Assembly (NCBI GenBank): GCA_002256025.1
Contig: NKIB01000025.1
Coordinates: forward strand, 1-35,796
Direction: 5' to 3'
Origin: Asterionella formosa
Taxonomy: Eukaryota
DNA: 35,796 nt
Shown here: positions 21,875 to 32,713 of the stretch, one piece after another
How positions within the stretch are numbered: position 1 is the stretch's first letter
Layout: each line of letters starts with the position of its first letter
Notes under the pieces: model-generated
What the model was told of the DNA's origin: nothing
Database searches by the model: none
What the model saw: only the letters and a program-made list of their open reading frames with translations
Program-made: the position numbers and the translations under genes

Positions 21875-24137
21875 ATGAAACACTTAGTTTCGTCATCTCT
21901 TTTGCTCTGCTTCAGCCTCCTTTGTGGAGCTGTTGCAGGCCAGCGTGCTGCCTGGATGAGCGGAAAGTGGGGAGTCGGATACCGCATTCCTGCTGGAGGA
22001 GTGACCAGCAACGGCATTACAAACTTTTACATCTCGGCCTATAACATTAGTGGAGCCGTAAACCAAATCGTGGATATTGGAGGAGTGAGTTGGGTCATCA
22101 TCAATCTTACTGGTGGAGCGTATGGTGATGTTTACATGGCGTGGCATTCGGTCTTGACCAACCTAACCCCCTCATCGACGCCTCCTTATCCTGCAAACGG
22201 TGGGAGAGATCTGTTCATGGAGCTCGCGGATGCGTTCCAGGCCAAGGGTATCAAGGTCATTGCTTGTGAGTAGTTCGAATGGCACTACCACCAATGGTTG
22301 TTACAGCGAGGTCGCAAAATCTGGACACTGAACACTTGAACTAATGACTGCTCGCTCTGCTCTGCTTCACACTGCACCCTTTTTCACAGACATTGCAACT
22401 CAAGGTCCAGCCATGTTGAAACATGGTGTTACGGCTGCCAATGACTATAATGCAACTTGTGGATGCTCACAAGGCATGATCAATTGGTCGAACTACGTGA
22501 CAACCTTGTACGGTAATGCAAGTGACGCAAACTTCAAGAAAGCGTTTGCCACTGTCGTTATTGATGAGTATGCTGCACGATATACCACAAAGATAGACGG
22601 ATGGTGGTTTGACCACGCAAGTTACGGCAACATTCCTCTTCTCAAAGACACTGTCCGCGCATACAACAATGCTACGGTGCTTGCATTCAACGACGGCCAA
22701 AACGTCCCCTTGATCAACAACTACCCAGGGATCGAAGATTATACGTTCGGGCATCCTAATCCAATTGTTAGGAACCCTTCCAGTTCCATTCTCAACTTGC
22801 CGATGGTAACTTCAATTGAGGCCAGGAACACAAGCGCTAATCCCGGCTATTTTGTAGGAAGCAATGGCGAACTCTCGCTTGGTCACATATTCATGCCAAT
22901 GTGCGCCGACTGGAACACGGTGGGATCACCATTAGTTTGGAATGTGACCCAGGCCGTGGATTGGATGAGTCGGGTACTCAAGGCAAAGGGAAGCTGGACA
23001 TGGAACATCCCTCGAGAAAATAATGGATACACTACGCTCTCATTTATGAACTACACCGATGTTGCATTTCTGAAGCAAGTGCTTGCTGCTCTCCCGACTA
23101 CCACTACCAGTCCAACTCAAACTCCTACTTCTATCCCAACTACAGTGTCACCTACCTTCGCTCCAACGTTACAACCAACAACTTCAGCTCCTACTCAATC
23201 TCCGACGTCCGTTCCAACGACCGCATCTCCAACGTATTCCCCTACGTCACAACAACCAACAACTTCAGAACCTACTCAAACTCCTACTTCTGTCCCGACA
23301 ACTGCCTCACCTACGTCCGGCCCGACGTTACAACCAACAACCTCAGCTCCCTCTCAAAATCCAACATCTGTTCCAACTACTACATCTCCAACATATTCCC
23401 CTACTTTACAGCCTACCAAAAATCCTGGTTCCCCTGTGCCAACAACTCGAACCCCTACCCAAGCACCAACTTTAGCTCCGACCAAAACACCAACGTCAGC
23501 TCCCACTAGAGCACCTACCAAAGAACCAACGTCACCTCCCACTAGAATCCCTACCAAAGAACCAACTTCACCTCCCACTAGAACACCAACGTCAGCTCCC
23601 ACTAGTAGACCGACCAAAGAACCAACGTCTGCTCCCACTAGAACACCTACCAAAGAACCAACGTCGCCTCCCACTAGAACCCCTACCAAAGCACCAACTT
23701 CAGCTCCCACAAGAACACCAACGTCAGCTCCCACTAGTAGACCAACCAAAGAACCAACTTCAGCTCCCACTAGTAGACCAACCAAAGAACCAACTTCAGC
23801 TCCGACCAGAACCCCTACCAAAGAACCAACTTCAGCTCCCACTAGAACCCCCACCAAAGAACCAACTTCAGCACCGATCATAGCCCCTACCGAAGAACCA
23901 ACATCAGCTCCGATCATAACCCCTACCCAAGAACCGCTACCTACATTGATTCCGACACAGATACCTACAAGTACTACCGCTGCGCCAACACAGATTCCCA
24001 CCACTTCCCCTTCCAGTATCGTTCGTTTGCTTGATACTACATCTTCTGAAAGCAATGTGAAAGAAGATCAAAGAACTCAGGGAAGGCATGAGGTGTTTTT
24101 AAATTTCATTCGGCGTATGTATGTAAGGTACTTTTAA
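21875..24137 (+). CDS. Secreted glycoside hydrolase, GH107-like (sulfated fucan endo-fucanase) catalytic domain plus Pro/Thr-rich C-terminal stalk; exons 21875-22265 and 22390-24137, about 712 aa
   Basis: Signal peptide MKHLVSSSLLLCFSLLCGAVAG. Removing the phase-1 intron (GTGAGT at 22266, CAG ending 22389) creates KGIKVIAYIATQGPAMLKHG. Other motifs: RAAWMSGKWGVGYRIP, DLFMELA, IDGWWFDH, EDYTFGHPNPI, NLPM, LGHIFMP and SWTW. I recall these from gammaproteobacterial GH107 fucanases. Confidence 0.82.
22266..22389 (+). other. Spliceosomal intron of the GH107-like gene (124 nt)
   Basis: GTGAGT donor, CTAAT branch-like motif at ~22341, pyrimidine tract and CAG acceptor; splicing restores the Tyr codon (T|AC). 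Confidence 0.9.
23095..24020 (+). repeat. Coding tandem repeats (PT repeat / mucin-like): PTxxPT, then PTKEPTSAPT[RS]x units
   Basis: Translation shows about 300 aa of 4-residue-periodic Pro-Thr repeats, with recurring ccaacttcagctcccactag units at the DNA level. Confidence 0.95.
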
Positions 24138-24448
24138 TTGGTTGATTTCTCAGATAGGATATCATATTACGTTGCAAGTGTCCTGGCTTCCATATATTTT
24201 CATTTCCTGCAAATCATATATATATTTTTTAAATTAGCATGAAGCACTTCTTAAATTATGATACAGTGTCCCTCTTCTGTAACTTGGAAATTTTTGAGTT
24301 GCAATGAAAATACAAATTATTTGCTTTGGTACTGAGGTGGTTCCATGTAGTAGAGGTCACTATTCCATGACAGTGCATAGAGTCTATCTTACAGATTTCC
24401 TTTGTGTTTGCTGTACTTATAAATACAAATAGAGATACAGTACATAAA

Positions 24449-26560
24449 CATGCAAGTTGCTGTCATTTTTCTGAAATGGACAACATGATGTGGGCAGATG
24501 CTTATGTTCATCATACATACATCAATTCACTGTTTGAAGTCATCTGTACAATGATTTCAAACATGTGAAAAAATTGGCAAACGGCTAAAAAAGTAAATGA
24601 CAATTTTTGGTAAGCAAAAGTGGGACAAAATTACCAGTAGTCAACAAAAGTAAGCAAAATAACAAAAGTAAGCAAAATAAGTTGTGCTTGGCATCGAGTC
24701 GTCATTATGCACTTTCAACTGTTGAAATGATTCATGAACAAACCCATCACTGATTACCCTCAAAGCCTTTGCAAGACATGATGACATGATCAAAGTTCTC
24801 ATTTTTAATCCAGAACAAAACTCAGGTTTCACTATGAAATAGTTGCCAACTTATTTCCGCTTCTTACCACATGGCTGGAACATAAACACAACATCAGGAT
24901 TACCATCTTTATTGCTATCAACTATTGTGCCTTATCATATTCCAATGATTCATCGTCATTCTCTCATTCTGATCACCTCAACCCATCCATGCAAAAGAAT
25001 TTTATAACCAGCAGGCCATAGCTCCATCCCCAATCATATCATCATGGATAATGCCATGATGGACAAGGACCTAACTGGTGGTAAAACATTTTGTTTATGG
25101 GTTGTTAACAAATCCCCACCATGTACACCAGTGGTGGGATTGATCTAAGAGTTATACCATGGGCCAACTTTTCCAACAAAAATTTGATGGAATGGTTAAA
25201 AGGAAACTCTCTCCATTCTCCGTCCAGCTTTCAAATGCCAATTGTTTATGACAATATGCGGATATGCCACCACTAACAAGTTCGCCCAGGCAGAGTATGC
25301 AAGGGATCAGGAAGCATAATGCATTACCAAATTCCAAGAACTCCAACTCAAATCTGCACAAATAAAAACCAATCATTCTGGCGAAATCATAATGTCAGCA
25401 TGACGTGAAACCCCAATCATGCATCGAATGTTGGATAGGCATTATCTATGATAGGGTCCTTGTTCGGGCTGACTGCATGGCGACCTATAGCCACCATCGT
25501 CGATGGAACCAAAATGTTTCAGGTTCTCCAATGGTTTGTTTGGAGTCCACTAAGGGTATGCTGAAAAAGTACATGAATGAACGACTGGTCAACAACTTGC
25601 TTGTGGACCCTGGAACTTAACAACATTTTAGGTGCCATTGGGACCCACATTGATTTCCTTGGCACATGTAACATCATCCAAGATCATGGCATCTGACTCA
25701 TGGCTTACAAATCTTCTAATAGTAATATACAAGCACACCTCATATATACCAATGATTAGCTCACCAACCTGCCTACCCTCACTAATGATGACACCGCCGT
25801 GTGCACCATCCTTAACACCATTGCCTGCTGAGGCCATAAGTACCTGGATGACATTAGATACTTTTAACAAGACGATTTGGTATAAATTCATCTTCCCATC
25901 ATTATTTGCCATGATTCCTTCATGCTCTCGAATAACTTTTTCTTCTGATAAAGCTGCTCCACTTTAATTAATGCGGTGAGAGTTTAACATTGTTAAGGTG
26001 TAACCCTTCTTTTGGATGTGGACCCATCACAAATATCAATAACATGTGAACAGAAAGAAATCTATTTTATTTCAATAGAATGTATTTTTGAGAATGAACC
26101 AAATTTTGCTCCAATACAGGGTTTGAGAGTTTCCCTGAATTAGGGTTGAAACAAGGTGTACCCTTTATTGGCTCATTTGAGCCCACTGTATCCACCTTGT
26201 ATTGGCATTCCAACAAGATAAGATTTTCCAAATTTATTTATTCCCTGTTTTGTTCATGTTCACACAAGGTGTAGCTCAATATCCCGCCTTGTATTTTGAA
26301 CTGACCATCAGGAATGGTCCAGAATCCCATAGAGGGAGCACCTTGTGGGTAAACTATCATTGCCTCATAAGGTGGATTGATTTGGAACACACACTCATCA
26401 TCAGTAAAATTAAATCAGATTGAAAGTAATAGCGCTGCATCATGATCCAAATGAATCCCTCGGATGTTTTGCAGTGTTACCAGCAGTACCATTCACGTGT
26501 TGTTGCCATGTGCCCATGCTAATAATTATGTTACTAAATAGAAAATACAACCTGCTGTGG
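24449..26560 (-). pseudogene. Decayed coding-like sequence of unknown origin following a repeated TIR-like motif
   Basis: Broken minus-strand frames (25628-25912, 25152-25376, ~26240-26410) read like protein but are interrupted by stops. The region begins at the motif gcaagttgctgtcatttttctgaaatggacaa, shared with 17967 and 32721. Confidence 0.3.
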
Positions 26561-26763
26561 GCCATTTAAGTAGTCATTGTTTTAGCAACTTATCCAATGG
26601 GCGAATTTATCGTCTGCATTCCTCAAAACGTACATGGCTTTTTTCTTGAATCCCCACCCCCTCAAACGTAGACTACCTGCCCAAAAGCCCTTCCCTAAAA
26701 TCACCAAATAGTATAAGGCACAGTTTCAATATTTCCCCCCTGCTAGCCTCATTGTTTACCTCC

Positions 26764-27114
26764 TTACCGCTTCCCTCCTCCACGTCCACGCCCACGTCCT
26801 CTTCCTCTGGATTGTTGACTTTGACCCGCATTCGTTGGCACCACAGCTCGCTCCTTGTTGGAGGGCTCATCAACCAGCAATGCATCCAAGTTGAGTGATT
26901 CTGGCAATAGCCAGGCACGCATCGTACTTCCTCTTACGCTGAGAACTTGAATGGTCTTTGGCGCCTTGCCTCTCACAGTCATCTTGACTTTGCGCAAGTG
27001 ACAATTCATGGTGGCATCCACCCCCACGACCGTCCCTTGCAAGACAGTCCCGTTCTTCAATTCAATCGTCACTTGTTCGCGATTCAGTTTCTGAAGGAAT
27101 TTTACCAGCTTCAT
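26764..27114 (-). CDS. SmD1: Small nuclear ribonucleoprotein Sm D1
   Basis: MKLVKFLQKL..EQVTIELKNGT..GT..GVD..MNCHL (Sm1), LSVRGS.MR..LLPESLNLD.LLVD (Sm2) and a C-terminal RGRGRGRG tail. Confidence 0.96.
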   Translation of the reverse strand: MKLVKFLQKLNREQVTIELKNGTVLQGTVVGVDATMNCHLRKVKMTVRGKAPKTIQVLSVRGSTMRAWLLPESLNLDALLVDEPSNKERAVVPTNAGQSQQSRGRGRGRGRGGGKR

Positions 27115-28282
27115 TTTATTGTAGAAATAGAATAGAATGGAGTTTGTATAGAACTAGTAGAACTAAGTAGAACTAGATGGGAATATGTCGAAGTAGAGCG
27201 ACAGGGGGAAGGGGGGGGGGGGAGAAGCGACAATAGCCTGCTCCAATGAAACAGTCACGTCTTGATCGGCGTTGCTGATACAGTTGGTGGTAGGATGATT
27301 TTCATGAACAGATTGTTACTCATCCATCAATTATATATATGAATATAAATAATATTCATGTATATAAAATGCACATAAAAGAGTATTCTTATATCCATGC
27401 AAGTACCGCCGGTATTCGCTTAGATTTTATCATATCATACCTGTACCCGTATTTCATATATTTTTATGCAAAAAAAATATACAGGTCAAAGGCCGTTTGA
27501 TGATAAAGGGTTATGGGCTTACGGTCTTGTTCTCTCGTTTGCTTCGCCGGCCTGCCTGGTAGTATTTTCACGTTCAAATACGCCCTGAATAAAATAATAG
27601 TCAACAGTACAGTGAACCAGGTACCACCAGCTAGAACCGTTTGAAGAGTAGCTTCGACATAAAATCTATGGTATGTTCCGGTAACTCCTGGAAGGAGTTC
27701 CAGTTACAGCTAAGGTACTGGTACCAGGTACCTTGTCTGGCGTATAACGCCGGGAGTATTTTAGCTCGTGGTATGTACCGGCAATACGCTCGATGGGGTA
27801 AACATACCGGTATTTCGGTAGACTACCGGCAGTTGCGGTAATAGACGGTTTTTATGATGACGAGAACAAAGCTAACTTTCTTGTTGACAACAACATGTAG
27901 ATGTTCAAAATGGTGTAGGAAAACAGGAATAATACCGTACCACCACGTACAGGACAACTAATATATGTGATCATGCTCACAGAAACATGGCAACGAAATG
28001 GGGAAAGCCCCTTGATGGACAAGATCAGGGTGCAACTCTGGACCTTCCAAATTGCCGACCAGTATTGGAGCTAAACATACTAGGTAGCCTAGAGAATTGA
28101 ATTTCGCAAAAAATGAACCAACTCTCTCTTTAACACATTCGAAGGAATTTGACAGTAAAACAAAAGTAAAAATGTGTATAGGAATCAACAGGAACAGATT
28201 TTCCAAGATGAGGGTCTATCCTGAAGATGGCTCTTTTGGAGTGAAATAAATGATGTAATTGCATCAAAAACGAGAGCTTGGC

Positions 28283-31200
28283 TTACCCGAAAAAGGATTT
28301 AAATCTTGAAATCATGCTTGAATCCGTTTCTGCTGGTTCGACTATACCATTTGGGGAGCCTATGGTGCTAGTAAAGATTGACCTTTGTGGACTGGCGTGA
28401 ATTCCCGTTGGTCCACTCATGTATTCATTTTCGCATTCGTCACTCATCACCAAAATGTCTTCAACGAGCCGACTGTCTCGGCATTTCTCTTGAATTACAT
28501 CAACAATCTTTGCCAGGGTTTTTTGATACTGCAAACGAGAATGGACTTCAGCAATATACGTGGCTTGCTTCATTTTTAGCTCTTCCTTGATCTCGGCTTG
28601 CGCCAGGTTGAGGTTTTGCACTTGCTGCTTGTATTTTACGACTTCAGCTGAAATTTTCGCGTTTTGTTTATTGAGTTGTTTTGCGTGTTGGTTGAGCGCC
28701 GCAAAGGAAGCGCCAGCCGATGCATTTGCATCCATCAGCCTCTGATTGTTTTCCTTTAGCAAGTCGAAGTCAGTTCTGAGTTGGGAATTAAGGCTGCGGA
28801 GCTTGAAAACTTCTTTCCGAAGGTATTCTAACATCTTGCCTGACTCGTCCATCAAAGTTTGTTGTTGCGCAGTGAGCTGGCCGACAGCTGCAGGGGCTGG
28901 TGGCATAAATGTGTTGGTGGCCGCGACAGTGTTGACAATCGGGACAGCAGACACCTCCTCCTTCGTGGCCGCTTTCGCTGCCAAAATTTCTTTCGTCTTC
29001 TCCTCAGATCTCTCTTCGGCTCGGACTCGAGCGGCTTCGGCATCTTCAAGCTTCTTCTGAAGTACCTTGAGTTGATTTTCCAATTTGGCTTCTTCTTGCC
29101 TTTCCTTCATGGCCTTTCGGAATTTAGGTCGCTGCAACGCGCCTCGAACTGTGGATTGGAGTATGACTGATGCGTTAACATTCTTTTTCAAAATCGATCG
29201 AGCGACTACCATTCTCCACACTCTCTGTATGACCGTTGCTTTGTAGTTGCGTCTCAACTTGACCAAGGCATCACTAGCCTCATTTCGTCGACCCCAACAC
29301 TGGACGACAATGCAAGCGTTACGAAGCCGTGTGTACTTTTGGCGTTCCATGAACCGGCGCATCATGGCGACTGCTCGAATCGCTGCGTTTCTCTTTGTTC
29401 TAAATCTCCGCTTTTCAACATAGCCACGACCAACTCTCTGGATCTCAATGGCCGACATGGAAAGTCCACTTAATCGCTGCGCCTCCAAATGCTCCAGGGC
29501 ACCGGCACGAAAGTACGCTCGCGTCTTCCCAATTACAAATGCGCGGATGACCTTACCCTCCTTTTCAGTTTCCATTGACTTCAGAACCATGGTCAACAAG
29601 CGTTCTACGTTTACACGAACCTTTTCAGATTCCTCGCTGCTTTCATGTGCAGCTGCATGTTGCTCGCCTTTAACCCAAAGCGACTTGAAACGATCCAAAA
29701 CGATTTCATGTTCCAAACGATTGGGAAATGCGGATCGCGAAATTGTTACTGCGGCTACGACACCAGCACAACGTAGTTGCTCCACGGTCGAAAGGTGCTG
29801 CATAATTCTTGGTTCCTTCAACGTGTTCGGCTTGATGCATCGAATGTAGCGGGTTCTTGTCTCACCAAGGGAACCCATCAAGGATGATAGTTGAGTCCTG
29901 AACTTGGTCCAAACGGTCTGTTGGACCAATCGTGACGAGGCCATTTTCCTGGGCGCAGCCCTTGGATTTTTCGGTTGCTTCTTTATCGCACCCTTAACTT
30001 CATTCATCATTGCCTCATTCTCAAGTTCGTTGGCGACAATCGCGTTCGATGACTTCTTGGCACATTCTAGTAAATCACTTGGCAATGCATCGTTGTTCTT
30101 AGAGACGAAGTTGGTCGCATCATAAACCACTGGACCAGCGTAATGCTTGACACCAAACTCATAGTCGTGAAAATGCTTTTCTGACATCAAGCAGTCAGAG
30201 TCTCGATTCATTGCTTGCACCTTGCTCACAAAGGCGACGTCATTTCCCTTTGGTCGGACACATTCTTCATTCAAGACGGCAATCAATCCCATGCGGCCTT
30301 CCACCAAATTTAAGACATCAGCATTGTCCTCATACATGATTTCACCCAATTCGATTCCTTCAAACTCGTACTCGGCTTGGACAGACCGGAAAATATCTTG
30401 CGTAAACTTTTGCTGCAGTTTTTCATTTGCATAATTAATGCAGAGCTGTTCGAATCGATTCGTTTCAAACGACTCAAATCCAAAGATATCCAGTAGTCCA
30501 ATAACACCAAACGACGAGGACATGTTACTGCCCGCGACATAATTTTGTTCTGCTGATGTAGCATCATTAATGGTCCTGACCAACCACAAAAAGGTTTTGG
30601 CATAAATTTCTTTTGCCAGGGCATCACACGATTCCTTGGCTTTGTCAGCCTTGAGTGGAACCTTGAAATCTTCATTCCTTGCTCTGACGGTCCGTTGTGT
30701 CACTGCTTTGAGTATGGATTCATTGTCCACGCCCATGAGTCCTGAGAGTGTTGTCAATTCATCAGTACTAGATATGACACTTTGTTCTTCATCTCCTGGA
30801 TGGGGAGCAAAGGTAAGGTTACCCAATTGTAACACAATACATATGGCTCGGAGGAGAGTTCTCAATGACTCCTCCGTGACCCCAACGAGTCCCAATGCCT
30901 TTTGAGTCAATCCAAAGCGTTCTCCGTCCGAAAGACCTTCAATGGTGTTTGTTTCTGTCCAACCAACATAGGTGAAGGATTCCATGTCTGTTCCCACAAG
31001 TCCATCCCAGATGGCTTCCTTCACATCATCTTCCGCTGCCAATAATTGATAAAAAATGTGAAAGCTTCGTTCTTCTTCTTCATGGGAAACGACTCGAGAT
31101 TTTTCTAACAAATAAACTTCACATTTTGACCCAGCAAGAATACAAGATGGAATTTTATTTCCTGTATAGGCATTCTGTGGTTCGGCATCAAATTGCAGTT

Positions 31201-32186
31201 GCAGGTATTTTCCAAACCTTGAGGAATTGTCATTGCGGGATGTTTTGGCATTTCCAAACGCCTCCAAAAGTGGATTCGAATCCAAGACACGTTGAACAAT
31301 GATGGATACCTGGGGGTTGTTGTCATTGTGTGATGTTCTTTCTCGTGCTTGGACGGAGGCAATGTGATTCATGAGAATTTTGACAGTTTCAGTCTTTCCT
31401 GCTCCCGATTCCCCTGATACTAATATGGATTGGTCTATCCCATCCAACGCCAGGCCTCGATAACTCAGGGAGGACGTTTCATAGACATGTGGTTCCACCA
31501 AGGTCCGGGGATCCCCTTCCGTTATCATTTCCCAAACCAGCTTTTCTGCGTAGAGCGTTCTTCTCTCCTCGTTGTACAAGTCTGTCATCCACTGGTAGGG
31601 ATTAACGGCAATGACAATGTCTCCAGTTCGGGTGTACGGTTTGCCTCTAATGTGTCGGGCTTTGAGGTTGTAAAGGATGGCAGCCTGTTGTGGACGTGCG
31701 TGAGAACTCCTGTCGTGTATTTGACAAGTTGAGGATAAATGAATGCTCGCTCTCACTGCAGCGCTGACTGCAGCGCTTACTGCAGCGCTTACTGCAGCGC
31801 TTACTGCAACGTAACGTAAGGTAACGTACCTCATGAAGAAACGGAAGGTCCACCATGTCTTCCACTTCGTTGAGCATTCCGTTCTCATCTACGTTTTGCA
31901 AGGGCAGCGCCTTGTTGGCGTAGTCGGTCAGTTTGACGGCTATTCGATCAAACTTAATAGCTTTCTTTCCTCCGTCACTTTGAATGAGTTGCTCATCCTT
32001 GTAGAGAGGCAGCGACACATTGGCAATGTCGTGGTCGACAATGTCCACCACTCGTGCGGGAATCCAAGCGTACTCTTCTGAGCGGATGTACACGTTGTTG
32101 GATGTTCCTACTTCGGCCACGGCGGCTGCTGCGTTGGGAGCACGAGGCTCCGTTGTCGTTGGTTCCGTCGTTGCTGGCTCTGACAT
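28283..32186 (-). CDS. Myosin heavy chain (motor domain, IQ-like motifs, coiled-coil tail); exons 32186-31830 and 31684-28283, about 1252 aa
   Basis: P-loop GESGAGKT, switch I NDNSSRFGK, switch II LLDIFGFE, NYANEKLQQ, YIRCIKPN and QLRCAGV, followed by IQ-like repeats and a heptad tail. The intron (GTACGT at 31829, CAG ending 31685) joins DMVDLPFLHE to AAILYNLKARH. Confidence 0.96.
31755..31810. repeat. 12-bp minisatellite (actgcagcgctt x ~4.5) inside the myosin intron
   Basis: Directly visible tandem copies, followed by a short aacgt repeat next to the splice donor. Confidence 0.95.
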
Positions 32187-32713
32187 TCTGTTTGGCTTCT
32201 ATCATCATTGTTTCGCTGGGGAAACAATGCTCTGATTTGATCTACCGGTACCCGTACGACTGGTTTGTACCATGACGATGAATTTTGCCAGTATACCCGG
32301 TACTCTACTGGTAATTTGGTTTTTGAAAAATACCACTGCCAGGTACTTCTGTGCTCGATATACTCTGTACATACGAAGGGTGCGTGCTGATACTAACTAC
32401 CGGTATGATAGTACCGGTATACGCGTTTGGAGAACTTTCAAACAAGGAGCAATCTCCGTGTGGCACAGCGGGGTAAGCACCCCCCTCCCCAGGCTAGCCG
32501 ACACATTAGTATCAATATATAAACAACATGAATATATATATTAATGATTATTTATTTTGGAAAACCCGTAGCCTAGACTACCGGTATGTTTCATGTGGAG
32601 AATTTGAAACAAAGGAACAAAAAACACCCACCACACCCCCTTTTCATTGTGCTTGTTTGTTCGACTGATGGGCCTATGTACACTGGTACGTACATTTAAT
32701 TAAATTACGGTAA

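Noticed and set aside
23354..24055. 233-aa Val/Gly-rich ORF on the minus strand
   Set aside because: It is the antisense shadow of the Pro/Thr repeat of the GH107-like gene.
21875..24137. Bacterial contamination as the explanation for the GH107-like gene
   Set aside because: A canonical spliceosomal intron interrupts a conserved motif, a eukaryote-type PT repeat is fused, and the flanks share repeat motifs with the rest of the window.
27204..27222. G-run upstream of SmD1 as a G-quadruplex or regulatory site
   Set aside because: It is a simple homopolymer, which is insufficient evidence of function.
31685..31888. N-terminal extension with AAVS repeats in the 1201-aa myosin ORF
   Set aside because: It is read-through of the intron minisatellite and an off-frame part of exon 1; splicing restores the conserved LHEAAILYNL.
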